A stretch of 64,000 nt of DNA. It comes from Methanobacteriota archaeon. Its GTDB lineage: Archaea > Thermoplasmatota > E2 > JACPAO01 > JAHWKR01. This document shows, one piece after another, positions 26,563 to 36,766 of the stretch. Made by a program: the position numbers and the translations under genes. The stretch spans positions 3,364 through 67,363 of the forward strand of contig JAHWKR010000010.1 in assembly GCA_019347805.1 (NCBI GenBank), written 5' to 3'. The notes beneath the pieces were generated by a model. It ran no database searches, was not told the DNA's origin, and saw only the letters and a list, made by a program, of their open reading frames with translations. Position 1 is the stretch's first letter; the number at the start of each line of letters is the position of its first letter.

Positions 26563-27495
26563 TCATTGCGGTTCCATCTCGGCCTCGGCCTCTTCGGCCT
26601 CGGTGTCGACCGCCCTCGGATAGCTGCCGAGGACCTTGAGGAACGACAGTTTGCCCACCAGCTGGCCGAGGGCAGCGGCGACGTCGGGTTCGGCGGCGTG
26701 TCCGTCGCAGTCGGCGAAGAAGTGATAGGACCAGCGGCGGCCGGGCCTGCGCCGTGGGCGTGATTCCAGTTTGGTGAGGTTGACGTCGTTGGCGGCGAAC
26801 GCACCGAGGGCGTTGTAGAGGGCACCGGGTTCGTGGCGTGTCGAGAAGACGAGGGAGGTCTTGTAGCCGGGGCCGTTCGGTGGCAGGCGCGACAGGTCGG
26901 GTGTGGGGTGGAGGTCGTCATGGGAGACGACGATGAAGCGCGTGTAGTTATCGGGGCCGGACTCGATCCCTTCGGCGAGGATGTCGAGGTCGTAGTGGTC
27001 GGCGGCGAGGCGTGAGGCGATGGCGGCGTGTCCGGGTTCGGCCTGTTCGGACACCGAGCGTGCGGCTCCGGCGGTGTCGTATTCGGCGACCTTGTGCACA
27101 TTCGGATGGCTTTCGAGGAAGGTGCGGCATTGGCGCAGGCCTTGCGGATGGCTGTGGACGTGGGTGATCTCATCCAGCTTCGTGCCGCGCGGTGCGAGGA
27201 GGCAGTGTCGGACATGCACTTCGACCTCGCCGACGACGTGCAGGTCGAGTTCGGGGAGGAGGTCCGTCGCTTCGTCGATGTTGCCTTCGAGGGTGTTCTC
27301 GACAGGGAGCAGGCCGACGCGGGCGGAGCCGTCGACGACGGCCGAGACGACGCGGGCGAACGTGGCGCAAGGGAGGCCTTCGTAGTGGGCGTCGGAGGTC
27401 ATCTTTCGCCAGAGGGGTTCGGCCTTGAAGTGCCGGATGGCGGCCATTTCGGAATAGGCACCGGGTTCTCCCTGATAGGCGTAGACGAGGGCCAC
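26563..27495 (-). CDS. pheA: prephenate dehydratase with C-terminal ACT domain
   Basis: PDT N-terminus VALVYAYQGEPGAYSE, the TRF motif (YTRFIVV) and a C-terminal ACT region. GTG start at 27495 is chosen because no in-frame ATG precedes the conserved N-terminus. Confidence 0.8.
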   Translation of the reverse strand: MALVYAYQGEPGAYSEMAAIRHFKAEPLWRKMTSDAHYEGLPCATFARVVSAVVDGSARVGLLPVENTLEGNIDEATDLLPELDLHVVGEVEVHVRHCLLAPRGTKLDEITHVHSHPQGLRQCRTFLESHPNVHKVAEYDTAGAARSVSEQAEPGHAAIASRLAADHYDLDILAEGIESGPDNYTRFIVVSHDDLHPTPDLSRLPPNGPGYKTSLVFSTRHEPGALYNALGAFAANDVNLTKLESRPRRRPGRRWSYHFFADCDGHAAEPDVAAALGQLVGKLSFLKVLGSYPRAVDTEAEEAEAEMEPQ

Positions 27496-27643
27496 ACTTC
27501 GCCGAGGCGGGTGTGACGTATGGCTTTGTCGGAGGGTCGCGTCGTCCGGTGTGCCGGTGTCACCATGGCTTCTGGTCTCTTTGTGCGTCCAGGGCCGTCC
27601 GAGCCACTCGAGGGTCTCTTGGACGATGACCCACCCGGCCCGC

Positions 27644-30600
27644 CTAGAGCCAGGCGTCCAGGCCCTTCTGTTCGACCGTCGAAAGGTCGTCGAAGCCGAA
27701 GGCGCCTTTGATGTAATTGTCCAGCATGTCCTTGTACCAGTCGAGGTCGAGGCGATAGCCGCGGTCCTCCCACTTCGGGAGCACCTCGACCGGCCACATG
27801 AACTCGATCGGCTTGATCCCCGGCTTCTTCTTGCCCGAACCTTCCAGGCCAGGCAAGGGGCGATTGGCGACGACGAAGCGGAACTTGCGCGTCGCCCGGA
27901 GCCCCGTCTCGTCACCGCTCTGCTTGAGCAGTTGGTCGAGCGCCTCGGCGCGCTTGGCGAACGTCGACAAGGAACCGTCGGGATTCCGCTTGTAGCGCCG
28001 CGCCGGCTGGACGCTCTGGATGAGCACCAGTTCGGCGGGGTCGACGGTGGCGATGCGCATCTTGGCGATGACCTCGTTGGCCGCCTTCTTGATGCTCGCC
28101 TTGAGGCTCGCCCGCGCCTGCTCCTCGGTCTCCCACACCAGGTTCTCCCCCATGGCCCGCTCCATCACCCGGGCGAGCACGTTGCGCGCGAGGTCCGCCT
28201 TGTCGCTGCCCTTGAAGTTGTTCCCCTTGACCTCCATCTGCAACCGGCCACCGTGGGCGTCGAACATGAGGTAGTTCTTGTGCACCACGAAGACCATGGC
28301 GTCGTGGATCTCCGGTTCCAGCTCGAACTCTTCGTAGCGCAGCTCGTCGCGGAAGCGGCGGTTCAGGGCGTCGACCGCCTCGATGGCCTGTTCCGGTGTC
28401 GTCATCCAACCCGACGGATCGGCAAGACCATGGGCGTCGAAGACATCGGCGACGCGGTCGATGTTGGCGCCGTTTCGACCGCACGCGAGATAGATGCCGT
28501 CGGTGTCGCCGTAGACGACGCGGATCTTGCGCTTGTCGAGGTCCCTGCGCGATTCGTGCAGGATGCGTTGTCCCTCCGTGGTGATGCGGGCGCCGGCGAG
28601 GACGTTGAACTGGCGGCACGACACATTGTCGGCGACGAGGATGCCGTGCGTCCCGGCGTTGCGTGCCGCCTTCAGGCTGGCATAGTTGAGCCGGAGCCGC
28701 GCGACATCATGCTCTGAGATGCCGGAATCCGGCTTCTTCGCTTCGTTCATGGCGTGCTTGACCTTGGCGATCATGCCGAGGATGGCGCTCATGCCGAGGT
28801 TCACGACACCGGGGCCGTCGCGCTGGCGCACCCCGATGAGCACGCCTTTGTCGGCGAAATCCTCGTCGCTCCCGGGGCTCCGGACGGCGTAGCGGCCCGA
28901 ATCGATGAGCCGAGGGCTCGCCCGCTTCAGCCACACCCAGGCGTCCGGGTCCTCGCCGGCGTGGGCCAGCCGGATCGTGTCGGCGCCGACGTTCAGGGCC
29001 TTCAGGATGGTGGGATACATCGCCCCCACGTCGGCGGCGACGACATGCCACCACGGGATGAACTCGCTCTTGAGGTCCTGCGGATGGAGCGTGAGACCCC
29101 CCGGAAGATCGTAGCCTTCCTTGCCGCCCTCGCGGTCGAGGTCGTGGACGAGATGCGGATAGGAGAGCCATTCGGGCATCTCGTCGCCATACTTCGCGAC
29201 GCGGACGAGCTCCCTGTGGCTCCCGGTGCGCCCTTCTGCGCCGATGCCGCGGGCGTACTCGGCGATCTGCTCGGGGGTCGGCTCGTCGGCGATCTCGCGC
29301 TGCACGAGTCCCGCCAGTCCGGCGGCGCGGCAGGTGGCGGGCATGAGGCGTTTTCGGTGGGCGGCACGGATGAGGCCGATGTGGTCCCACATCTTGGTGT
29401 TCATGCCCATGAACAGCTGTTCGAAGGTCATGCCTGTGGAGAACGCGAGCGGCAACGCCTGGATGACGAGGTGCATCGAGACGCCGAGCTGTTCGCGCAC
29501 GTCGTGTTCGTGGTAGCGCAACGTGCGCGGGTCGTCGAGGGCGAGGTCCTGTGCGGTGACATGCTCCCGTCCGTCGATCTCGACGCCCAAAAACGGCGCG
29601 AGCCCCTTGAGGGTCAGGTCATCGCGGAAGAAATAGAAACGGCGGGCGGCAAGGAACGTGTCGAGGCTCGCCGGATGCAGGATGGCCATGTCGTCGGGGC
29701 GGCCGAACTGGTACGACTTGTCCTTCCAGCACCAGGTCGAAAGGAACTCGGTGAAGACCTGGTCGACGCTGCGTTCGAGGCTGCCGTTCTTGCGGCCCCG
29801 TTCCTGCAGTTTCTTGACCCGTTCGTGGATCTTCAGATTGTCGAAGCCGAGGATGTTGTGGCCCGAGACGATGCCGGTGCTACGCACGGTCGTGGCGAAG
29901 CGCGCCAGCATATCGATCTCCTCGTCGACGTTGCGGGCCACCTCCTGGACGATCTCGGGCTCCCACCAGTCGTGCGGGGCGTGGTGGATGTCGAAGTCGA
30001 AGTCCTCCGTCTCGAGGTCGACCTTGGCGGAATAGGAGACCGGGAAGCGGGCGTGGCCGAGCATGTCGATCGGCAGGTCGTCCTCGCGCACGCCGACGTT
30101 GCCGTATTGCGTCGTCTCGATGTCGAACACCATCACATCGAGCGTCGTCGGCCGGCCTCCCGTCGCGAACGGCCAGTGGCCCCTGGCGGCCATGTCGACG
30201 GCGAAACGTTGCTGGTACGGCACGTCATGCTCGGCGGTGTAGGCGCCGAAGCGGTCGAAGAGCGCGTCCGAGACACGCGGCACGACGCCGGGGTGGCGGG
30301 TGAAGACCCGGAAACCGTCGCGCGTCCGGTCGTGCCAGAACGATTCCACCGTCTCGACGGGACCCAGTTCGGTGACGAGTCCGAGCGGGTCGCGTTCGTG
30401 CTGCTCGCCGCCGTTGCCTTCGGTCGACCGGCTCGCCTCGTCCACCGCCCGCAGCACGCTCCGTCGGAGCCCCTTGGTGTCCTTGCCGAGCGGGGCGTAA
30501 GCCCAGAAGTAGGGCTTGTGCAGTTCACCGACCGGCACCGGGTCGCGCCCCTTGAAGAAGGCGTGCGTGTTCGAGACGGAGAGGAGGACGTCCTCCATGG

Positions 30601-30667
30601 GCGGTCCTGGCGAGGTGGGGGGAGCGTAAAAGGTGCGCGGGGTGATGTCGTGTGGAGCGCGGTCCAT
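27644..30667 (-). CDS. polB: family-B DNA polymerase (catalytically intact, presumed replicative)
   Basis: 1007 aa. Exo I FDIETT. Exo II HNILGFDNLKI (FD retained). Motif A DVGAMYPTIL. Motif C VVYGDTDGIYL. No intein-like blocks seen. Confidence 0.9.
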   Translation of the reverse strand: MDRAPHDITPRTFYAPPTSPGPPMEDVLLSVSNTHAFFKGRDPVPVGELHKPYFWAYAPLGKDTKGLRRSVLRAVDEASRSTEGNGGEQHERDPLGLVTELGPVETVESFWHDRTRDGFRVFTRHPGVVPRVSDALFDRFGAYTAEHDVPYQQRFAVDMAARGHWPFATGGRPTTLDVMVFDIETTQYGNVGVREDDLPIDMLGHARFPVSYSAKVDLETEDFDFDIHHAPHDWWEPEIVQEVARNVDEEIDMLARFATTVRSTGIVSGHNILGFDNLKIHERVKKLQERGRKNGSLERSVDQVFTEFLSTWCWKDKSYQFGRPDDMAILHPASLDTFLAARRFYFFRDDLTLKGLAPFLGVEIDGREHVTAQDLALDDPRTLRYHEHDVREQLGVSMHLVIQALPLAFSTGMTFEQLFMGMNTKMWDHIGLIRAAHRKRLMPATCRAAGLAGLVQREIADEPTPEQIAEYARGIGAEGRTGSHRELVRVAKYGDEMPEWLSYPHLVHDLDREGGKEGYDLPGGLTLHPQDLKSEFIPWWHVVAADVGAMYPTILKALNVGADTIRLAHAGEDPDAWVWLKRASPRLIDSGRYAVRSPGSDEDFADKGVLIGVRQRDGPGVVNLGMSAILGMIAKVKHAMNEAKKPDSGISEHDVARLRLNYASLKAARNAGTHGILVADNVSCRQFNVLAGARITTEGQRILHESRRDLDKRKIRVVYGDTDGIYLACGRNGANIDRVADVFDAHGLADPSGWMTTPEQAIEAVDALNRRFRDELRYEEFELEPEIHDAMVFVVHKNYLMFDAHGGRLQMEVKGNNFKGSDKADLARNVLARVMERAMGENLVWETEEQARASLKASIKKAANEVIAKMRIATVDPAELVLIQSVQPARRYKRNPDGSLSTFAKRAEALDQLLKQSGDETGLRATRKFRFVVANRPLPGLEGSGKKKPGIKPIEFMWPVEVLPKWEDRGYRLDLDWYKDMLDNYIKGAFGFDDLSTVEQKGLDAWL

Positions 30668-30682
30668 CCTGCCTTTGGCGGC

Positions 30683-31165
30683 CTAGTAGCGGTGGTGGGG
30701 ATGTCCCCGATGGTGCGAGACGGCGACCGCGGCGTCGCGCGCCTGCCAGAGCGACATGGCATCGAAGAGCACGGCCACCAGTGCGGCGGCACCCAGGAGG
30801 AGGGAACCGGTGAGGCCGAAGAGCGTGAACCCCACCATCGCGTCGAAGATCACCAGCCCCCAGCCGGCGGTCCAGACGGCGTTCCAGGCCCACGGGGTCC
30901 CGTTCCACAGCCCGATGAAGAGCACGGCATGCGCGACGAGCGCGCCGACACCGAGAAGCGTCAGGACGAGAAGCGCCGGAAGCAGCGTGAAGACCGGAGT
31001 GCCGCGAAGCGGGTCGGCAAGGAGATGGAACAGGAGCGGCACGACGATGAGCTTCTCGATGGCGAGCGCGCCCTGGAGGCCGAGCAGTTGTGTCCGCCGC
31101 ACGGCGCGCGAGGTCCCGGGCGGGGAGATCCCATACGGGTCCGGCTGGGCGGGACGCCCGGTCAT
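30683..31165 (-). CDS. small membrane protein (about 4 TM helices), unknown function
   Basis: 160 aa and hydrophobic. It ends 15 bp upstream of the polB start, so co-transcription is possible. Confidence 0.45.
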   Translation of the reverse strand: MTGRPAQPDPYGISPPGTSRAVRRTQLLGLQGALAIEKLIVVPLLFHLLADPLRGTPVFTLLPALLVLTLLGVGALVAHAVLFIGLWNGTPWAWNAVWTAGWGLVIFDAMVGFTLFGLTGSLLLGAAALVAVLFDAMSLWQARDAAVAVSHHRGHPHHRY

Positions 31166-31294
31166 AGCGGACGATGGGCGCTCGCATGATTTGATGCTGT
31201 CCTTGGCGACCGGTCACCCTCTCCAGCCGCCTCGCAAGGAGCGGTTGAAATGTCGCTCCTCCGGATCCCCCTGGACCCCGTCGTTCCCGTGATC

Positions 31295-31777
31295 CTAGCG
31301 CACCTGGGCGATGAGTTCGATCTCCACCGGGACGCCAAGCGGGAGTTCGGCGGCGCCGACCGCGGCCCGGGCATGGCGGCCCGCCTCGCCGAAGACCTCG
31401 AAGAGCAGGTCCGAGGCGCCGTTCACGACGAGGGGGATGTCGGTGAAGCCCTTCGCGGCGGCGACGAAGCCGGTGATCTTGACGATGCGGACGACGTTGT
31501 CCAACGAGCCGCCGGCGGCTTGGCGCAGGACCGCGAGCGCGTTCTTGGCGCAGACGGCGGCCGCTTCCTGTGCCGCTTCGACGTCGACCTCCGCGCCGAC
31601 CTTGCCGACGTGGGTGACCTGGCCACCCCGGATGGGGACCTGTCCGGAGACGTAGACGAGGTCGCCGGTGCGGACGAAGGGGACGTAACTGGCGAGCGGC
31701 TTCGGGGCGTCGGGCAGCTGGAGTCCGAGTTCCTTGAGACGGGCCTCGGGTGCGGCGGGGGACATCTTCTGGGTCAT
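31295..31777 (-). CDS. ridA: RidA/YjgF/TdcF-family reactive-intermediate deaminase
   Basis: 160 aa. YVSGQVP...G, AAQEAAAVCAKNALAVL and PARAAVGAAELPLGVPVEIE are typical of YjgF. Confidence 0.8.
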   Translation of the reverse strand: MTQKMSPAAPEARLKELGLQLPDAPKPLASYVPFVRTGDLVYVSGQVPIRGGQVTHVGKVGAEVDVEAAQEAAAVCAKNALAVLRQAAGGSLDNVVRIVKITGFVAAAKGFTDIPLVVNGASDLLFEVFGEAGRHARAAVGAAELPLGVPVEIELIAQVR

Positions 31778-31869
31778 CGGGTTCGGCCCCGGAGATGCGA
31801 AGAAGCGGGATAACCGTATGGGTCTTAGAAGGGGAAGGCTCTTCTCGAAGCGCTTCTTGCGGGCGCTTC

Positions 31870-32451
31870 ATGGTCCGTACGCTTTCGACGATGGTCGAGC
31901 TCGGTACGCGGGCGCCCGACTTCGCCCTCCCGGACACCGACGGGAACATCGTCAGCCGCGCTGATTTCGACCGCCGGCCGCTCCTTGTCATGTTCATCTG
32001 CAACCATTGCCCCTACGTGCAGCATCTTCGTGAGGCGCTGGCCACCCATGCGCGCGGCTTTCAGGACCATGGGGTCGCCGTGGTGGCCATCAATTCGAAC
32101 GACGCGGACGCCTACCCGGACGATTCTCCGGAGGCGATGCGGGCGGAGGAGGAGCGCTTCGGCTACACGTTCCCCTATCTGTTCGACGAGAAACAGGAGG
32201 TGGCGAAGGCGTACGGCGCGGCGTGCACCCCCGACTTCTTTCTCTTCGACAAGACCCACCGGCTCGTCTATCGTGGCCAGTTCGACGATTCGCGGCCGAA
32301 GAGCGACACGCCGGTGACCGGTCGGGACCTCGACACGGCGGTCGAGCGGATGCTCGCGGGCGAGCCGCAGGCCGACCTGCAGAAGCCTTCGATGGGCTGC
32401 AACATCAAGTGGCGGCCCGGCAACGAGCCGGCCTATTTCCGCTCGGCTTGA
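31870..32451 (+). CDS. thioredoxin-fold protein (AhpC/TSA / thiol-disulfide oxidoreductase family)
   Basis: CxxC motif FICNHCPYV. The APDFALPDTDGN prefix is typical of peroxiredoxin-like proteins. An alternative start at 31891 is possible. Confidence 0.7.
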   Translation: MVRTLSTMVELGTRAPDFALPDTDGNIVSRADFDRRPLLVMFICNHCPYVQHLREALATHARGFQDHGVAVVAINSNDADAYPDDSPEAMRAEEERFGYTFPYLFDEKQEVAKAYGAACTPDFFLFDKTHRLVYRGQFDDSRPKSDTPVTGRDLDTAVERMLAGEPQADLQKPSMGCNIKWRPGNEPAYFRSA

Positions 32452-32545
32452 GACGGCCGGTCGGGTCCAGCCCAGTATGAGGACCCGGTCGGGACGCGCG
32501 ATGACGCACAAGCCACTTCAACGATGGCCCCGATGACGCAGACGG

Positions 32546-33715
32546 ATGCCGTCCATCCGTCTCTTCGTCGTCCTCTCTTGCCTCTTCGTCGTCCCGCTCT
32601 CGGGATGCATGGACGACGGCCCGACGGCGGAGGATCCGACGGACGAGGATCCAGTGGTCGAGCGGCCGCCACAAGACCAGAAAGACGACTTCGCCGTCCT
32701 TCCCTATGCGCTCGGCGCAGGCCCGACGGTCGACGAGACGATCTGGATCAATGGCACGTTCGCGATCGGCATCGGGTGTGCACCGCTTTGCCCGCACCAC
32801 GACGAGGCAACCCCCGACATACATCGCCATGACCTGTCAGAGATCGTTCCCGACAACCTGCCGACGCGCATCGTCCTCCGACTCGTGACGGATGCCGAAG
32901 CCGAGCTGGTCATCGAGCTCGACTCGCGCGCACCACGCTATGCCGACCGCCCCACGGAGCCGGACGACACAGGGGGTCGGGTCGTCACCCTCGTAAGCGG
33001 CCCCGACGAACCGGTCGTCGCCGTCGTGCGGCTTGTGAAGGCGAACGGCACCGAGGTGTCCTATACGCTCATCGCCGAGGTGCGAGCGGCACCGGGCGTC
33101 GTGCCGGAGGGGGTACCGGTCGAGGTGCCGGTGGGGGTGCCGGACGCGGGGCTGCTCTTCTCCACGACGGCACGATACGGCCGTGCCTCGTTCCTTCTCT
33201 ATGACGGGGACGATCGCCTCATCGACCGTTTCCGCACGGTCGGTGGCGCCTTGACGTTCCGCCCGGAGGACAACATCACGGGGCCCTATGTGCTCGTTCC
33301 GGCGGCCGGCGCCGACGGCATGGTCGTGGAGACGTTCGGGGTGCCACCGGAGGACCCGCGGATGCGCCTTCTGGCGCTCGAGCGGACGCCGGGCGAACGC
33401 GTCACGCTCGGACCCGGTACGAACGAATGGTCGTTCGATGTCGCCGGGGCGCCGCTCGGGGTCGGGATCGAGGTGCGGGCGGTCCCTCCCGCCGCCGCGG
33501 CTTCGCTCAATGTCACCTTGACGCATCCGGATGGCTCGATGTGGACGTGGAACGCCTCCTGTTCGGTCTGCAGCGGTGCAGAGACCTGGGTCCGGACCTG
33601 GCGCGCACCGCTCGGCGACCCCTCCATCATGGCCGGCGCGTACGACGCCGAAGTGCGGACGGACGCAGCCGTGGGGCTCGACGCCCGTGGGGTCGTCATC
33701 ACCTATCTGCGCTGA
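32546..33715 (+). CDS. lipoprotein, unknown function
   Basis: Signal peptide and lipobox MPSIRLFVVLSCLFVVPLSGC. 389 aa. No recognised catalytic motifs. Confidence 0.55.
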   Translation: MPSIRLFVVLSCLFVVPLSGCMDDGPTAEDPTDEDPVVERPPQDQKDDFAVLPYALGAGPTVDETIWINGTFAIGIGCAPLCPHHDEATPDIHRHDLSEIVPDNLPTRIVLRLVTDAEAELVIELDSRAPRYADRPTEPDDTGGRVVTLVSGPDEPVVAVVRLVKANGTEVSYTLIAEVRAAPGVVPEGVPVEVPVGVPDAGLLFSTTARYGRASFLLYDGDDRLIDRFRTVGGALTFRPEDNITGPYVLVPAAGADGMVVETFGVPPEDPRMRLLALERTPGERVTLGPGTNEWSFDVAGAPLGVGIEVRAVPPAAAASLNVTLTHPDGSMWTWNASCSVCSGAETWVRTWRAPLGDPSIMAGAYDAEVRTDAAVGLDARGVVITYLR

Positions 33716-34231
33716 TCAGCCGACCGTCACCGCGGCCGGGGCGCAGGTGATGGCGCCGCCACCGCCGCGTGGGACGAGCGACCCGGCGACCTCGTGCGTC
33801 CCTCGCTGCGCCGCCTGCACGGTGACCTCCACTTCGGCCTGCCAGGCCGTGCGGCCGTCGGCGAGACGGGAGCGGTCGTCGAAATCGCCGCTTTGTTCCT
33901 GGACACCGGCGAGATGGCGAAGCGCCACGTTGTCCCATTCGAGGGCGATGGAATCGAAGGCGTCGGCGCGCAGGGCCGCCACCTGCAGCCGGATGCGGTC
34001 CTCTTGTCCCACCTTGAGGTTCCAGGTGTCGTGGCTCCCGGTGCTGTTCGCCCCTTGGTCGATGGCGCGGGCGGATAGAAGGAGACAATCGTAGGCGGTG
34101 GCGCGGTCCCGGCCAAGGTCCGCCCAGTCCCGTGGCGGTGCGGCCTCGGGCAGCGTGATCTGTTGATTGGACACACAACCGGAGACGATGGTCGAGACGA
34201 CGAGACCCAAGGTGAGGAGGGTGGCTTTCAT
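33716..34231 (-). CDS. lipoprotein, unknown function
   Basis: MKATLLTLGLVVSTIVSGC lipobox. 171 aa. Overlaps the stop of the downstream BNR gene's neighbour by 4 nt. Confidence 0.55.
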   Translation of the reverse strand: MKATLLTLGLVVSTIVSGCVSNQQITLPEAAPPRDWADLGRDRATAYDCLLLSARAIDQGANSTGSHDTWNLKVGQEDRIRLQVAALRADAFDSIALEWDNVALRHLAGVQEQSGDFDDRSRLADGRTAWQAEVEVTVQAAQRGTHEVAGSLVPRGGGGAITCAPAAVTVG

Positions 34232-35646
34232 GGCCGGACGGGCGGGAACGGGAGTGGAGCCTTCGTCTTTGCCCTCATGGCCGGGTCATCGGTCGCGTTG
34301 CTGTTCGATGGTGGCCACGCGCCGAGGAGGTCGCCGCTTGTGAGGGCGAAGACGTTCCGGGTCTCGTTCTCATGGTCGGGGAGGGTCCTCGTGTTGTACA
34401 TGGCGCCGAGGCGGCCATCAGGCATGCGCACGAGATCGAAATAGTCGAGGAACTGCCGGTTCGCTTGGCAACTCGCACCGTTCGGGCAGATGGCTCCCAG
34501 CTTGACGGGACCCGCGGAGATGTCGGTGGTGGTGAAGGTGGGGGTCGCGTTCGTGACGTCGGTGGTGTTGACCAGCTCGACCTTCCAGGTCGCGTTGTTG
34601 GGCAGGCGCCCTGGATGGCCGTCCTGGTCGGCGGCGTAGTAGGCGACCGCGACATGTCCGGGCGCACCGGCTTCGATGGCGGGGAAGACGTTGGAGCCGT
34701 TGCCGTCATCGAGCCGGACTGGTTCTCCGAACGTGCGGCCATCGTCGGTGGAGACGGCCATGCGGATGGCGACCGTCTCGTCCTCGAGCAGTTCGCCCCA
34801 GGCGATGTAGACGTTGCCGGCGTCGTCCGCGCTGCCGACCACGAGGCTGAGTCCGAGCGGATCGCCTTCCGGTTCCGCGACCACGACCACTTCGAAGCTG
34901 GCGCCGCCGTCGCGGGTGACAGAGAAGGCGGGGGCCCAGCCGCCGGGGCCGGCGGGTCCGTCGCTGAACCAGGTGAACGTGAAGAAGACGCTGCCGGCCG
35001 CCGCGTTGTGGAAACCCCCGCCGCCCCAACCGCTGCCTTCGTCGACAAGGAGGTGGTGGTCGGGGGTTTCGACGGGACCGGTCGGGAGCCAGGTTTCGCC
35101 ATGGTCGGTGGTCTTCATGGCGGTCTGGTAGAACGTCGGGATCTGGTGGTAGTAGAGGTATGCGGTGCCGCCGCCGGTCGCGACGATGTATTGCCGGTCG
35201 CCTATGGGGCCGTTGCAGACGGCCGGATGGGTGTTCCAGGTGTCACCGTGGTCGCGCGATACGGCGACCTCGTTGCAGGCCAGATAGAGCGTGTCGTACC
35301 AGACGGTGCCGTCCGCGTCGACGACGAGGTCCGGGTCGGCGTTGAACGTGGTCATCGGATTGCCGACGAACGTCCAGTTCCGCCCGAGGTCGGCGCTCTT
35401 GTAGACACCTCGGTTCGTCGACGTGAAGAGGAGGCCCTCCGGGGTGACGCCTACGGAGGGTTCGCCCATGCCACGCTCGGCGTCGATGAGGCCGCGAATG
35501 TCGACGAAGGGTGTTTCCAACTCAGGCTCTGGTGCTTGCGGTTCCGGGTCGGTCTCATCCGCGACGCAACCGGAGAGGACGAGGCCCAGCAGGCTGAGGG
35601 CGAAGAGGGCGGCACGCACGGAAGGGGGGGCATGATGTGCGGTCAT
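34228..35646 (-). CDS. BNR/Asp-box repeat lipoprotein (sialidase-like), second copy in the window
   Basis: Lipobox LSLLGLVLSGC. Asp-boxes SADLGRNW, SRDHGDTW, TTDHGETW, STDDGRTF. Start taken at MTAHHAPP (35646). Confidence 0.75.
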   Translation of the reverse strand: MTAHHAPPSVRAALFALSLLGLVLSGCVADETDPEPQAPEPELETPFVDIRGLIDAERGMGEPSVGVTPEGLLFTSTNRGVYKSADLGRNWTFVGNPMTTFNADPDLVVDADGTVWYDTLYLACNEVAVSRDHGDTWNTHPAVCNGPIGDRQYIVATGGGTAYLYYHQIPTFYQTAMKTTDHGETWLPTGPVETPDHHLLVDEGSGWGGGGFHNAAAGSVFFTFTWFSDGPAGPGGWAPAFSVTRDGGASFEVVVVAEPEGDPLGLSLVVGSADDAGNVYIAWGELLEDETVAIRMAVSTDDGRTFGEPVRLDDGNGSNVFPAIEAGAPGHVAVAYYAADQDGHPGRLPNNATWKVELVNTTDVTNATPTFTTTDISAGPVKLGAICPNGASCQANRQFLDYFDLVRMPDGRLGAMYNTRTLPDHENETRNVFALTSGDLLGAWPPSNSNATDDPAMRAKTKAPLPFPPVRP

Positions 35647-35702
35647 AAGCTTTCTGGCAGCATCGCCCGCTGTGGCCATGGTCCCGCACGTTGAGGTGGG
35701 CC

Positions 35703-36683
35703 TCAGGAGCGTTCGATGGGCTGCTCTTCGGGGAGCGGTGCCACGAGGTCGCGGTCGTGGGGGCTGTCGAGGTCGATATCGGGGCCCTTGGGAACGATGC
35801 GGCTCGGGTTGAGCCGTTCGTGGCTGCCGAAGTAGTGCTGTTTGGTCTCCGCCATGTTGACGGTCTCCTTGACGCCGGGGATCTGGTAGATCTCCTTGGT
35901 GTGGTTCCAGAGGTTGGGGTAATCACGGATGCGACGGATGTTGCACTTGAAGTGGTAGTGGTAGACCGGGTCGAAGCGCAGGAGGGTGCTGAAGAGGAAC
36001 AGGTCGGGTTCGGTGATCACATGGCCGCAGACGTAGCGCTGTGTATCGAGGACGGTGTCCCAATGGTCGAGTGCGGCAAAAAGCTGGTCGACCGCCTCGT
36101 CATACGCTTCCTGGGTCTGGGCGAAACCGCTGCGGTAGACGCCGTTGTTGATGGGCTCGTAGATGGCATCGATGCTCTCCTCGATGATGCCGTGGAGCTC
36201 TTCGTGGTAGAGTTCGCGCTTGCTCTTCTTGTGGCGCTTGAACGCTGTCGCGAGCATGCGCACGATCTCGCGCGATTCGTTGTTGACGATGGTCTCCTGT
36301 TTCTTGTCCCAGAGGACGGGGACGGTGCCGATACCGGGGAAATCGGGGTCGGCCTTCTTATAGATGTCCTGCAGGCTGCGCGCGCCGTAGAGGTCGTCCT
36401 GGTGTTCGCCGTCGTCACGGAAGTCCCATGCGCCGCGCGGGTCCATGATGGGGTGCACGACGGAGAAGGTGATGGCCTCCTCGAGACCGAGAAGCTTGCG
36501 TGCAAGGAGCGTGCGGTGCGCCCAGGGGCAGGCCCAGGCGATGTAGAGATGGTAGCGACCGGGTTCTGCGGCGAACCCCGACGAGCCGTCGGCGCTGATG
36601 GTGTCGCGGAACTCCGATTCCTTGCGGTGGAACCGGCCGTCCTTGGTCTTCTTGAGGAACTCCTTCTCGGGCGCCATGGACAT
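35703..36683 (-). CDS. glutathionyl-hydroquinone reductase (Xi-class glutathione transferase, YqjG/ECM4 family)
   Basis: Diagnostic CPWAHR motif (YIAWACPWAHRTL). 326 aa with typical length and C-terminal region. Confidence 0.85.
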   Translation of the reverse strand: MSMAPEKEFLKKTKDGRFHRKESEFRDTISADGSSGFAAEPGRYHLYIAWACPWAHRTLLARKLLGLEEAITFSVVHPIMDPRGAWDFRDDGEHQDDLYGARSLQDIYKKADPDFPGIGTVPVLWDKKQETIVNNESREIVRMLATAFKRHKKSKRELYHEELHGIIEESIDAIYEPINNGVYRSGFAQTQEAYDEAVDQLFAALDHWDTVLDTQRYVCGHVITEPDLFLFSTLLRFDPVYHYHFKCNIRRIRDYPNLWNHTKEIYQIPGVKETVNMAETKQHYFGSHERLNPSRIVPKGPDIDLDSPHDRDLVAPLPEEQPIERS

Positions 36684-36766
36684 ACCGACCCATCCAGCGG
36701 GTGGTTATGACCGGTTTGCTCGCGGCAGCGAAGGATGTGTCCGAGGCCCGCAAGGGACACCGGAGC

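Noticed and set aside
27644-30667. Possible intein in the 1007-aa PolB
   Set aside because: Its length is longer than many PolBs. However, no intein splice-junction blocks (Cys/Ser after motif boundaries, HN at the C-terminal junction, LAGLIDADG) are visible. The polymerase motifs are contiguous.
28754-31189. 811-aa plus-strand ORF
   Set aside because: Antisense to the catalytically intact polB gene. Low-complexity Gly/Arg/Asp-rich.
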